Shown: one piece after another, positions 29,065 to 38,432 of the stretch | Layout of the letters: each line of letters begins with the position of its first letter | Position numbering within the stretch: the first letter of the stretch is position 1 | Source: Fibrobacterota bacterium | GTDB taxonomy: Bacteria; Fibrobacterota; Fibrobacteria; UBA11236 | Assembly (NCBI GenBank): GCA_947466585.1 | Contig: CANIEU010000005.1 | Coordinates: forward strand, 64,412-128,411 | Direction of reading: 5' to 3' | DNA length: 64,000 nucleotides | Notes under the pieces: model-generated | What the model was told of the DNA's origin: nothing | The model's database searches: none | Seen by the model: only the letters and a program-made list of their open reading frames with translations | Translations under genes and position numbers: made by a program

Positions 29065-30735
29065 TTGACAAAAATGGCTTTGGTTTTGGTAAAAGTTGTA
29101 GGTAACGAAGGGGCTGCTGTGAAAGATTTTATGGTACACCAGGCCAGAACTCTGGCCGCTCTGACCGAAATCAGCAAGCTGTTCAGTTCCTCCTTGGACT
29201 ATACCGAGGTGGCGAAGCAGTGCCTGTACCTGCTTTCGGACATTCTGGACCTCGAGCGCGGCACCCTTTTGATGCCGACTCCCGACCGTAAATATCTCGC
29301 CATCCGCGCCAGCGTCGGGTTCACGCCCGAAGAAATTCGCGAGGCGGTTTATGAGATCGGTCGTGACTTCGTGGGCAAGGTATATAGTAGCGGCATGCCC
29401 ATGGCGCTGCCCGATGCTGACGACGTGGAAGGCGTTCCGATTCCCAAGGTCAACGCCGATGACTTCAACTTATACCGTATCGGCTTCATCGCCGTGCCGG
29501 TGACTCTCGACGGCCATCCGGTCGGCGTGCTCACCGCGCATCGCACGACCCATTCGACCACCATGGTGGACGAAGACATCAAGGTGATGAAGATCGTGGC
29601 CTCGCTCCTGTCGCAGACCTTGCGCATCGCGGAGATGATCCGCGAAGAGAACAGCCGTCTCGTGCAAGAGAACAAGGAGCTGCACCTCGAACTTGAGGAA
29701 CGCTTCAACCCCGAGAACATGATCGCCGATTCGTCGGCGATGGCGAAAACCTTGGAAATGGTGCGCCGCGTTGCGGGCACCGACGCGACGGTGCTGTTGC
29801 GCGGAGAGAGCGGAACGGGCAAGTCCCTGCTGGCGCGCAGCATCCACTTTTCGAGCCCGCGCAAGCGTGCTCCCTTCGTGATCGTGAACTGCGCCTCGTT
29901 ACCCGCCACCTTGATCGAGAGCGAACTTTTCGGCCACGAGAAGGGCGCCTTCACGGGTGCGTTCATCCAGCGTACGGGCCGCTTCGAAGCGGCCGACGGC
30001 GGCACACTCTTCCTCGATGAAATCGGTGAGCTGCCCATGGAGACGCAGGCCAAGCTGCTGCGCGTGATCCAGGACCGAACCTTCGAACGCGTGGGTTCTT
30101 CCAAGACCATGACGGTGAACGTGCGTTTGATCTGCGCGACCAACGCGAATCTGGAACAGCAAATCCGCGACAAAGAGTTCCGCGAAGATCTGTATTACCG
30201 CCTGATGGTGGTGCCGGTGCAGGTTCCGCCGCTGCGCACGCGTCGCGAAGACATCTTGCCGCTGTGCAACTACTTCCTTAAGAAGTTCACCACCAAGTAC
30301 GGCAAGCGCGTTTCGATTTCGCGCGAGGTGATGGAGTTTCTCGAAAGCTACACGTGGCCCGGCAACGTGCGCGAATTGGAGAACACCATCGAACGCACGG
30401 TGGTGCTGGCAGGCGGGGAGACCCTGACGCCGCGCGACATTCCCATTCTGGAGACCTTGGTGGCCGCACCGGCGGCGCCTTTTGTGAGCGCCATGCCGGA
30501 GGTTTCTGAACCGGCGCCCGCACCGGGGATCGTGACCTTCGGGCCGATGCAAGGCCGCGCGCGCGAGCGCCAGCCCTACGAGCGCGTACCACTGCGGGAG
30601 AAGGATATCCGTGAGGCGATGCACAATGCCGGAGGCATTCAGACGCACGCGGCACGGATGCTCGGCGTGTCGCTGCGCCAACTGCGCTACGCGCTCACGC
30701 GCTTCGAGATCAAGGCGACGGAGTTTAAGTATTAG
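29065..30735 (+). CDS. sigma-54-dependent transcriptional activator with N-terminal GAF domain (NifA/FhlA-like)
   Basis: GAF domain, AAA+ sigma-54 activation domain ([29 protein letters not shown]) and a C-terminal Fis-type HTH. Alternative start at 29131. Confidence 0.85.
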   Translation: MTKMALVLVKVVGNEGAAVKDFMVHQARTLAALTEISKLFSSSLDYTEVAKQCLYLLSDILDLERGTLLMPTPDRKYLAIRASVGFTPEEIREAVYEIGRDFVGKVYSSGMPMALPDADDVEGVPIPKVNADDFNLYRIGFIAVPVTLDGHPVGVLTAHRTTHSTTMVDEDIKVMKIVASLLSQTLRIAEMIREENSRLVQENKELHLELEERFNPENMIADSSAMAKTLEMVRRVAGTDATVLLRGESGTGKSLLARSIHFSSPRKRAPFVIVNCASLPATLIESELFGHEKGAFTGAFIQRTGRFEAADGGTLFLDEIGELPMETQAKLLRVIQDRTFERVGSSKTMTVNVRLICATNANLEQQIRDKEFREDLYYRLMVVPVQVPPLRTRREDILPLCNYFLKKFTTKYGKRVSISREVMEFLESYTWPGNVRELENTIERTVVLAGGETLTPRDIPILETLVAAPAAPFVSAMPEVSEPAPAPGIVTFGPMQGRARERQPYERVPLREKDIREAMHNAGGIQTHAARMLGVSLRQLRYALTRFEIKATEFKY

Positions 30736-30860
30736 GGAAGGGGTGGGTAAGAGTGATTAGGGGATAGCAACACAAGACACGTTTGATTGCACCTCACTCG
30801 TCGCTATCCACTATCCACTATTCACTATTCACTATCCACTTTTTCCTACTTCCTACTTCT
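30734..30860. repeat. heptamer-array element: degenerate AGKGRWK units then (ATYCACT)x5 and (TACTTCY)x2
   Basis: ATCCACT at 30806-30812 and 30813-30819, ATTCACT at 30820-30826 and 30827-30833, ATCCACT at 30834-30840, then TTTTCC-TACTTCC-TACTTCT. Upstream, overlapping the TAG stop of the regulator, sits a degenerate inverted partner (AGGGAAG, AGTGATT, AGGGGAT, approximating AGTGGAT). Confidence 0.7.
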
Positions 30861-30863
30861 TCG

Positions 30864-32882
30864 TTACCACTCACCGCGGGGAGGTCTCTTCGCTCCCGGT
30901 TTCCCGCTTTTCAACTGCGCGTTCTTCGATCCCTTGCGAAAATCCTTGTCGTCGCCGAACTTTGCAGGACCGCGCTTTTCGCTGCTCGCATGGGATGTTT
31001 TCGAACTGCCGGGGCGGAAGGGTTTCTTCTTGCGAGCCATATCCGACCCTGTATCCCATTTCTCCCAGTCTTGCTTGGGGCGCGAAGATTTCGTGTGGGA
31101 ACCTTCCTTGGGCGGCGAAACTTCTTTCGGACGGAGCCCGGTTTTCTGCCGGTACCCACCGGTAGATCGCGCCGAGCGCTCTGTTGAACGCGCGGACCGC
31201 TCGGGTGCCCGGGCGCGGACCTCTTCCTTGGTATTCCTGGCTTCTAAAGCCTCTCGTGCTTTTTCCGAACGCGGCTTCACATGGGCTTCGTGACGCGCGG
31301 TGCGGGCGTTGATTTCCGCCTCGGCTTCGTCCACCGGATCGACCTTCGGCTTTTTGCGGTTGAGGATGCCGTACTTGTCGGGGAGCAATACCACGAGCAT
31401 TTCGATGTTGTTCGTGCCCGGGAACATGTCGAAGGGGACCGCCTTGGCCACCATGTAGCCCTGCTTGCGCCAGCGGGTGATTTCGGCGGGCATGGTGTTC
31501 ATGTCGCAGAACAGGTAGGCTACGCGGCGCGGCTTGCGCTCGGCCAGCAACGGGATCACGCCCGGCGCGGTGCCCTGGCGCGGCGGATCGAGCAGCAGCA
31601 CTTCGGGAGTGCCGTCGACGGGGGGCAGCAGTTTGGCCAAGGTCTTCGCGTCGATGCGCGAGGCGATGAAGCGCGTGTTGCGTAGCAGGGCCGGGCCCGC
31701 AGAGCCTGCCGCGCGTTGGGCGGCGTCGATGGAAACCGGCGAGCCTTCGATGCCGATGGCGCTGGCACATACTTCGGCGGCCGGCAAGGTGAATAACCCG
31801 CAGCCGCAATACAAATCGATGAGACGATCGGTTTTCTGGGGCTTGAGAGCGTTTTGCACTTCGGCCATCACGCGCGGCAAAATGGACGGGTTAACCTGGA
31901 AGAATCCCGTGGGATGGAGCAGATAGCGACGGTTGTCGATCTGCATGGGCAAAAACTCGGGGCCGAAAAGCTTCTTCACGCGGAAGGCGCCTTCCGAAAC
32001 GCGAGCCTCGAGGTAGTAGTCCGAACGCGTCTTGTCGTAGAAGATGTGTGCCGCCACGACCTTGCCGCCCTGCATCTTGCTCAGGTGCTCCGCCAGCAAT
32101 CCGGCCTTGCGCACCACATCGGCGTTGAGACGGAACACGTTGAAAATCACCATGAGGTTGGGATAACCGCGCACGATCAGGAAGTTGAGCGCATTGGCCA
32201 GCGGGCGATAGGAGTCTTCGTTGAGCTTGGCTAGCGCAGTTTTGTAAACGGCGTCGTGCGAAGCGGGTTCGAGCAGATCGATGCCGCCCTTGGCCTCGCC
32301 GCCGAGGCGTTCGAGGAAGAAGTCCCACTTCCAGCCGCCGTTCTTGAACACGAGGCGGCGCTTGGTGGTGGAGCGGTAATGGCGCGGCTCGGGCGAACCG
32401 ACAACGCGGGTGGGCTTGTCGGGGAGCGCGTGCTGCGTCCACCATTTGCGGACGGCAAGCGTCTTCAGCTCGATTTCGGCGTCATAATCGAGCAGCGCGA
32501 GCGGCGCAGGTTCGGGGTCGAGTTTGTCGAAGAGTCCCGCTTCACCGGCGGTCTGACGGATAAGCGTCGAAAACGCGTCCTTGACCGGGACGGCCGCTTC
32601 CGCCGCATCGCGCAGCACGCCGCGCTTGTCGCGCGGGTCACGCGTGGGACGTGGGCCCTCCGCGCCTTGGGGTTGTCCGCGTCCGCTGCGGCCGGTAGGG
32701 GCGGGCAGTCCGCGCTTGTTCTTGCCTTCGTATTGCTTCCCGACCTTGCCCGGTGCGGCGCGGCGATCGCCGCGCGTGGCGTCCTTGTAGGCATCCTGTT
32801 TTTCTTCGCGTTCCACGGCGCGCGCGTCGCGGCGTTTCTGTTTGCTGACGCTGGTATCGGTCTTGAATTGAAAACGGGTCAT
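30864..32882 (-). CDS. class I SAM-dependent RNA (uracil-5) methyltransferase, RlmD/TrmA-like, with long basic terminal extensions
   Basis: 672 aa. MTase motifs LIDLYCGCGLFTL and LLLDPPRQG. A ~130 aa Lys/Arg-rich N-terminal tail and a ~180 aa Lys/Arg/Glu-rich C-terminal tail. No Cys cluster is evident. Confidence 0.6.
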   Translation of the reverse strand: MTRFQFKTDTSVSKQKRRDARAVEREEKQDAYKDATRGDRRAAPGKVGKQYEGKNKRGLPAPTGRSGRGQPQGAEGPRPTRDPRDKRGVLRDAAEAAVPVKDAFSTLIRQTAGEAGLFDKLDPEPAPLALLDYDAEIELKTLAVRKWWTQHALPDKPTRVVGSPEPRHYRSTTKRRLVFKNGGWKWDFFLERLGGEAKGGIDLLEPASHDAVYKTALAKLNEDSYRPLANALNFLIVRGYPNLMVIFNVFRLNADVVRKAGLLAEHLSKMQGGKVVAAHIFYDKTRSDYYLEARVSEGAFRVKKLFGPEFLPMQIDNRRYLLHPTGFFQVNPSILPRVMAEVQNALKPQKTDRLIDLYCGCGLFTLPAAEVCASAIGIEGSPVSIDAAQRAAGSAGPALLRNTRFIASRIDAKTLAKLLPPVDGTPEVLLLDPPRQGTAPGVIPLLAERKPRRVAYLFCDMNTMPAEITRWRKQGYMVAKAVPFDMFPGTNNIEMLVVLLPDKYGILNRKKPKVDPVDEAEAEINARTARHEAHVKPRSEKAREALEARNTKEEVRARAPERSARSTERSARSTGGYRQKTGLRPKEVSPPKEGSHTKSSRPKQDWEKWDTGSDMARKKKPFRPGSSKTSHASSEKRGPAKFGDDKDFRKGSKNAQLKSGKPGAKRPPRGEW

Positions 32883-32919
32883 GGGAACTTTCGGATTTGA
32901 CTCAGGCAGTAACGGTGCG

Positions 32920-33300
32920 CTAGGGGAGGTTGTCGGCGTTCAAGGTTTTAGCGATCAGGTCGGCGAAACCGGGCAGACGATAGAGGTAAGGTTCAAGCTC
33001 GAAGGTGACGCCGGGATGGCGGGCGCGCAGGCGGTCTAGTTCGGCCGGAACATCATCGATCATGTGACGACCGATAAAAACGAGGAGTGGGAGCACGCGG
33101 ATCACCGTGCAACCGGCGTCGACCAATCTGTCCACCGCGGGTTCGAGTTTCGGTTCCTGGTTCAGGAAGGCGTAGGCGAAGCGGCGGTCGGGAGTGGCGG
33201 ATGCAAGGGTAGCGCATAAGGCCTTGATTTCAGCCTCGGTACCGGGTTCGCGGCTGCCGTGGCCGAGCAGGACGGCACCATAAATAGGGGATGAAGTCAT
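32920..33300 (-). CDS. CbiX-like small sirohydrochlorin chelatase
   Basis: 126 aa, similar to CbiX(S)-type class II chelatases (AVLLGHGSREPG). Confidence 0.55.
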   Translation of the reverse strand: MTSSPIYGAVLLGHGSREPGTEAEIKALCATLASATPDRRFAYAFLNQEPKLEPAVDRLVDAGCTVIRVLPLLVFIGRHMIDDVPAELDRLRARHPGVTFELEPYLYRLPGFADLIAKTLNADNLP

Positions 33301-33307
33301 GGGGTAA

Positions 33308-33448
33308 AGGTAGGAACAGTAGGTAGTCGGTAGACGGTAGTAGGTAGAGAACGCGAGGATGGCGGGTTTCCAAGACTGCCGAATTCCCCAAATCCATACC
33401 GAATGAAGCCCTCTACCGTCTACCGACTACCTACCACCGTCTACTATA
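33308..33448. repeat. heptamer-array inverted repeat (GTAGGTA-GTCGGTA-GACGGTA ... TACCGTC-TACCGAC-TACCTAC)
   Basis: The 21-mer GTAGGTAGTCGGTAGACGGTA (33319-33339) has its exact reverse complement at 33414-33434. The 74-nt spacer lies in the divergent cbiX/gcvT promoter region. Additional degenerate 7-mers flank both arms. Confidence 0.9.
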
Positions 33449-33457
33449 TTCCCCGCC

Positions 33458-34600
33458 GTGAATACCACCGAAATCAAACAGACTCCGCTGCACGCCTGGC
33501 ATGTCGCCCAGGGTGCCAAAATGGCCCCGTTCGCGGGCTTTTCCATGCCCATCCAGTACTCCGGCATCCGTCAGGAACACGACGCCGTGCGGACGCGCGC
33601 GGGCATGTTCGACGTGTCCCACATGGGCAACTTCACCGTGCGCGGCCCCGGAGCGCTTGCCTACCTGCAGCGCTTGACGGTCAACAACGTCGCCAAGCTC
33701 GCACCCGGCGACGTGCAGTACTCCGCCCTTTGCCGGCCCGATGGTGGGGTGATCGACGACATTCTGGTGTATTGCGTGGCGCAGAACGACTATATGGTCG
33801 TGGTCAACGCCGCCAACATCACCAAGGACTGGAACTGGTGCGCCGACCATCACAAAAAATGGGAAGTGGATTGCGAAATGGAAAACGTCAGCGAGGCGAT
33901 CTCCATCCTTTCATTGCAAGGCCCAGCCGCCGAAGCGATCTTCCGCGCCGTCGCACCCGATTACGAAGGCACGCTCAAGACCTATCAATGCGCCACGCTC
34001 GCTGTGAATGGTGTCTCTATGCTATTGGGCCGCACGGGCTACACCGGCGAAGACGGTTTTGAATTCTACCCCAAGTCCCAAGACACCGAAGCCCTTTGGT
34101 TGGCGTTGCTGGCTGCGGGGGAGGCGCACGGCATTTTGCCCATCGGTCTCGCCGCTCGCGACACGCTCCGCCTAGAATCAGGTTATTCGTTGTACGGACA
34201 CGAACTCACCGACAGCATCAATCCGCTCGAAGCTGGCTTGGCCTGGATCACCGATCTCGATAGCGAGAATAAGGGCGATTTTATTGGTCGAGACGCCCTG
34301 CTGACCATTCGTGATGTCGGACCCGTGCGGAAGCTCACCGGCCTCCTCATGGAAGAACTCGCTATTCCGCGCGAAGGCTGCCCCGTGCTCAAGGACGGCA
34401 AGGTTGTGGGCGCGGTGACTTCGGGAACGCTTTCGCCCACGCTGGGCAAGGGCATCGCGCTGGCGCTGGTCGAACCTTCCGCCGCCGAGCACGACACAGC
34501 GCTGGCCGTTGAAATCCGCGGCGCGGCGAAGCCGGCCAAGGCCGTCGGGCGTGCGTTCTATAAACGGCCCAAGGCGCAGGTACAGGAAACCGTCGCGTGA
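33458..34600 (+). CDS. gcvT: glycine cleavage system T protein (aminomethyltransferase)
   Basis: 380 aa with full-length GcvT conservation. Confidence 0.9.
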   Translation: MNTTEIKQTPLHAWHVAQGAKMAPFAGFSMPIQYSGIRQEHDAVRTRAGMFDVSHMGNFTVRGPGALAYLQRLTVNNVAKLAPGDVQYSALCRPDGGVIDDILVYCVAQNDYMVVVNAANITKDWNWCADHHKKWEVDCEMENVSEAISILSLQGPAAEAIFRAVAPDYEGTLKTYQCATLAVNGVSMLLGRTGYTGEDGFEFYPKSQDTEALWLALLAAGEAHGILPIGLAARDTLRLESGYSLYGHELTDSINPLEAGLAWITDLDSENKGDFIGRDALLTIRDVGPVRKLTGLLMEELAIPREGCPVLKDGKVVGAVTSGTLSPTLGKGIALALVEPSAAEHDTALAVEIRGAAKPAKAVGRAFYKRPKAQVQETVA

Positions 34601-37515
34601 AGTTCTTCCGGAAGCTTCGGAAAGGATCCAAGGCGGGAGGCCGAACGGCCGCAAGGCTTGCGGCCAAAGCCAAAGGGAAGACCACCAAACCGCGCGGCAA
34701 GGCCCGCGGGTCCAAAGAGGAAGACGAAGAGGAGAGCGCTCCCGTCAGCCGCGAAATTCCCGGACTGATTCTGCTTTCGGTCGTACTCGTCACCTTCATC
34801 GCACTGATTTCGGAATTCGTCCAAGCGGAAGGAAACCTCCTCGGGCCGTGGCTCGGCAGTTGGTGGGCGAGCGCTCTCAGCGGCGCCTTCGGTGGCCTTC
34901 CGATTTTGGTGTACCTCGTTGCGCTCGCCCTCGTGGGCGTGCAATGGACCTTTGACCGCGCCGGATGGCGCGCCGTATCGATCACGGCCAGCATCGGATT
35001 TTTATTGGGGCTGTTGCTCAGCATCCAGCATCTGGGTGTCGAGGGGCTGATCCGTTCTGACTATCAGTTCTCGGGCGGATGGGTGGGCAACTTCCTGGCG
35101 CAGCAGATCTTCCTGCCCGTTTTCGGCTCCGGTAAATTCGGGCCGTATCTCGTCACAAGCCTGCTGATCTTCGTGCTCGCGGTGTGGGGTTTTCAGCTCA
35201 GCGTGGCCGCGTGGGTCAAGCGCGGTGCGTTTGCCGCCGGTGCAGTGGGCCGCACCATCGCCGAGGGCTGGCGCAGCGTCGAACCGGCCGACCGCAACGG
35301 CGGTGCGGAGGGCGAGGAGGACTACTTGGAGGAAGAGGACGGGGAGTACGAAGATGCGATCGTGCCCGCGACTCCGCTCAAGGTCGCCCGCAAATCCCGG
35401 AGCCGCAAAGCCACGGAGGCGGCGGAAGAAGATGCGGATGCGGACCTGATCCCCACCGCCGAAGACAGTCCCGAAGTGGAAAAGGCGAAGTTGGCTGCGC
35501 TGCTGGAACGTGGCAGCCTCGAAGGTTTGGATCCGTTGACCATTCGCAAATTGCGCGATCTGGAACAAGAGCGTCAGCGCGTCACCGAGCTGAACGATTG
35601 GGAAGAGAAGACGCGCGACACCGAGATCGGCGGCCTGCTTGGCCGCACCAAGAAAACGCAGGCAAAGGGTCCCGCCGAAGTGGTGACGCCGAAGGAACCC
35701 GACCTACTCGATTCCGATTCGGATTTTCCCGAAGAGGATGCGGACGATTTTGACTCTGCCTCCGACGCCGACGTGGATGCCGATGATTTGATTCCGCCCG
35801 TACCAAAGAAAAAGGCGGGGAAGGGCAAGCCCGCCGCACCTAAGGCTCTCGCCAACCGTGCGCCCTGGGATTCTGTCGAAGGATCCGAAGGCCCGGGCCG
35901 CATCGGCGACGACGGTTCGCTGGCTCCTTCCACCATGGTTTACGACGCGTACCACTTGCCCGAACTCGATGCGATTTTTCCGACTCCGCCGGTGCAGGCG
36001 CTAGAGTTCACCGAAGAAGAGTTGTTGGAACAAAAGCAGTTGCTCGAAGCGCAGCTCAACAACTTCAAGGTGCGCGGCAAGGTGACGGGCATTCATCCCG
36101 GTCCGGTGATCACGCGCTACGAAGTGGAGCTTGCGCCCGGTGAAAAGGTGAACCGCATCAGCGGGCTCGCCGACGACCTCGCTTTGGCCTTGCGCGCCAA
36201 GAGCATCCGCATTCTCGCGCCCATTCCGGGAAAGTCGCTGGTGGGCGTGGAAGTGCCGAACCGTAAGGCCCAGATCGTCTACATCAAGGAAATTCTCGGG
36301 TCGGAGAAGTTCCTCGTGGAAAACGATACGCTCAAGGTGGCGCTCGGCAAAAACATTTCGGGCGATCCGTATGTGGCCGATCTGACGCGGGCCCCGCATT
36401 TGCTCATCGCCGGTCAGACCGGGTCGGGTAAATCGGTATGCATCAACAGCATTATGGCTTCGCTGCTGGCGAGCAAGTCGCCTGCGCAACTCCGCATGAT
36501 CCTGATCGACCCGAAGGTGGTCGAGCTCAAGCCTTACGAGAACATTCCGCATTTGCTCGGCCCGGTGATCACCAATCCCGAGACCGCTGTGCAGGCTCTC
36601 AAGTGGGCAACGCTGAAGATGGACGAGCGCTACGACAAACTCGCCAAGAGCGGCGTGCGCAACATCAAGGGCTTCAATGAGAAGGTGCGCGCGGGCGTGA
36701 TTCGCGAAGACCACCTCTACCACCAATCCGAAGAATTCGGAGATGGCGTGGTGGTGCGCTACACCGACGATATTCCGGAGGACGGAGAGGATTCCGAAGC
36801 CCCGGCGCCGAAAGCTTCGGGCGAAGAAATGCCCTACATCCTGATCGTCATCGACGAGCTCGCCGACCTGATGATGGTTGCCGGCAAGGAAGTGGAAACC
36901 AATATCGCGCGCATTGCCCAGAAGGCGCGCGCGGTGGGCATCCACCTCATTCTCGCCACGCAGCGTCCCTCGACCAACGTGATCACGGGCACCATCAAGG
37001 CGAACCTGCCCACGCGCATCGCCTTCCAGGTGGCAAGCCAGATCGACGCGCGCACCATTCTCGACCGCCAAGGCGCGGAGAAGCTGCTGGGCCGCGGCGA
37101 CATGCTTTTCCGTCCCATCGAGTCGCCCGAGCCCGAGCGTCTGCATGGCTGCTTCCTCGACGACGCGCAGTGCGAAGCCATCGCCGAGGCCTGCTCTTCG
37201 CAGAACGTGAACTTCCCGAAGGTGCGGACCTTCAATGTGGAAGAGGAAATGGCCGGCGGGGGAAGCCACGACGAGGAGCGCGACGAGAAGTTCATCGACG
37301 CGGCCGAACTCGTGGTGCAGCTCAAGCAGGCATCCGTCTCGCTGCTGCAGCGCCGCCTGGGCGTTGGATATGCGAAGGCGGGCCGCATCGTCGACCAGCT
37401 TGAGCGCGCGGGCATCGTGGGCCGCGAACGGGGCTCCAAGCCGCGCGAGGTGCTGATGAACGAGGAAGAGCTATACAGCTTCCTGCGGTCCCACGAAGCG
37501 ACCGACGGGCTCTAG
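34597..37515 (+). CDS. ftsK: DNA translocase FtsK/SpoIIIE
   Basis: 972 aa. N-terminal TM domain, acidic/Pro-rich linker, motor domain (LIAGQTGSGKS, ILIVIDELADL) and a C-terminal gamma domain. 4-nt overlap with gcvT. Confidence 0.9.
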   Translation: MKFFRKLRKGSKAGGRTAARLAAKAKGKTTKPRGKARGSKEEDEEESAPVSREIPGLILLSVVLVTFIALISEFVQAEGNLLGPWLGSWWASALSGAFGGLPILVYLVALALVGVQWTFDRAGWRAVSITASIGFLLGLLLSIQHLGVEGLIRSDYQFSGGWVGNFLAQQIFLPVFGSGKFGPYLVTSLLIFVLAVWGFQLSVAAWVKRGAFAAGAVGRTIAEGWRSVEPADRNGGAEGEEDYLEEEDGEYEDAIVPATPLKVARKSRSRKATEAAEEDADADLIPTAEDSPEVEKAKLAALLERGSLEGLDPLTIRKLRDLEQERQRVTELNDWEEKTRDTEIGGLLGRTKKTQAKGPAEVVTPKEPDLLDSDSDFPEEDADDFDSASDADVDADDLIPPVPKKKAGKGKPAAPKALANRAPWDSVEGSEGPGRIGDDGSLAPSTMVYDAYHLPELDAIFPTPPVQALEFTEEELLEQKQLLEAQLNNFKVRGKVTGIHPGPVITRYEVELAPGEKVNRISGLADDLALALRAKSIRILAPIPGKSLVGVEVPNRKAQIVYIKEILGSEKFLVENDTLKVALGKNISGDPYVADLTRAPHLLIAGQTGSGKSVCINSIMASLLASKSPAQLRMILIDPKVVELKPYENIPHLLGPVITNPETAVQALKWATLKMDERYDKLAKSGVRNIKGFNEKVRAGVIREDHLYHQSEEFGDGVVVRYTDDIPEDGEDSEAPAPKASGEEMPYILIVIDELADLMMVAGKEVETNIARIAQKARAVGIHLILATQRPSTNVITGTIKANLPTRIAFQVASQIDARTILDRQGAEKLLGRGDMLFRPIESPEPERLHGCFLDDAQCEAIAEACSSQNVNFPKVRTFNVEEEMAGGGSHDEERDEKFIDAAELVVQLKQASVSLLQRRLGVGYAKAGRIVDQLERAGIVGRERGSKPREVLMNEEELYSFLRSHEATDGL

Positions 37516-37637
37516 TCCAAGGTGGCTTCAATTTTACACGGGCGACGGATGGCTTTTAGGGCCAACTGGCGCTTCACTTCTATTCAGACCACCGACGGGC
37601 TTTAGCCCGACCACCAGAAAACCCACATTTTACTCGA

Positions 37638-37713
37638 AAAATCCACTTGAAAGGGCTTTTCGACCTTAAATCCATTTAGTCCACAGACTTGATATTCTAA
37701 ATCCCACTAAGTA
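37638..37713. promoter_or_regulatory. three direct repeats AAATCCAYTW spaced ~30 bp apart upstream of the peroxiredoxin gene
   Basis: AAAATCCACTTGAAAG (37638), TAAATCCATTTAGTCC (37667) and TAAATCCCACTAAGTAC (37697), lying 60-130 nt upstream of ATG 37770 in an AT-rich leader. Confidence 0.4.
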
Positions 37714-37769
37714 CTTTATTCCTCGTTCGGATCAAACGGACGCGATCATTTTTCAACCCGGAGGCTCCC

Positions 37770-38411
37770 ATGAGCGACCTGCATATCGGATCGATTGCCC
37801 CTGACTTCACCCAGAATTCCAGCTTGGGCCCCATCCATTTTCACAAGTATATCGAAGGAAGCTGGGTTGTGTTTTTCTCGCACCCGGCCGACTTTACGCC
37901 CGTTTGCACCACGGAGCTCGGCGAGACGGCGAAACTCGCACCCGAATGGAAGAAGCGCAACGTCAAAGTGATCGCGCTATCGGTGGATAGCGAGGAGTCG
38001 CACAAGGGTTGGATTCCGGACATCAACGAGACACAGAATTGCACGGTGGATTTCCCCATCATCGCGGATGAGGACAAGTCGGTCTCTATCGGATATGGCA
38101 TGTTTCAGCCGACCGCGAACGATAAATTCACGGTGCGTTCCGTGTTCTTTATCGACCCGAGTAAGAAGATCCGTGCGATCATCACCTATCCCGCTTCGAC
38201 GGGCCGCAACTTCGCCGAGATTCTGCGCGTGATCGATTCGCTGCAGCTCACCGACGGCTACAAGGTGGCCACGCCGGTGAACTGGAAAGACGGCGAAGAC
38301 GTGGTGATCGCCCCTGCCCTGCAGGATCCCGAAGATCTGAAGGCGCGCTTTCCGAAGGGGTATAAGATCATCAAGCCGTACCTGCGTTTGACGCCGCAGC
38401 CGAATAAGTAG
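37770..38411 (+). CDS. 1-Cys peroxiredoxin (Prx6 family)
   Basis: 213 aa with the FTPVCTTELG peroxidatic cysteine motif. Confidence 0.85.
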   Translation: MSDLHIGSIAPDFTQNSSLGPIHFHKYIEGSWVVFFSHPADFTPVCTTELGETAKLAPEWKKRNVKVIALSVDSEESHKGWIPDINETQNCTVDFPIIADEDKSVSIGYGMFQPTANDKFTVRSVFFIDPSKKIRAIITYPASTGRNFAEILRVIDSLQLTDGYKVATPVNWKDGEDVVIAPALQDPEDLKARFPKGYKIIKPYLRLTPQPNK

Positions 38412-38432
38412 GCGGGGTGGGTTTGGTCAGGT

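Noticed and set aside
33301-33457. Glycine riboswitch upstream of gcvT
   Set aside because: I looked for the tandem-aptamer consensus (GGAGAG...CTCTGGAGAG...ACCGAAGGGGCAA). Only a weak ACCGAATGAAGCC fragment is present. The spacer is instead occupied by the heptamer inverted element. I cannot exclude a divergent riboswitch without a covariance-model search.
36001-37269. 422-aa minus-strand ORF antisense to ftsK, and similar long antisense ORFs (10860-12434 vs prc, 25730-26902 vs guaA, 47809-49482 vs plsX/fabH, 42989-43333 etc.)
   Set aside because: These are typical stop-poor antisense frames of high-GC coding DNA. Each lies entirely inside a well-supported gene on the other strand and has Arg/Ala/Gly-rich low-complexity translations.
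37516-37769. tRNA or other RNA gene in the long AT-rich spacers (also 6311-6586, 39355-39604, 54320-54660)
   Set aside because: No cloverleaf hallmarks were seen (no GTTCGAATC-type T-arm, no CCA-adjacent acceptor pairing). These spacers look like promoter/leader regions. A covariance-model scan would be needed to be sure.
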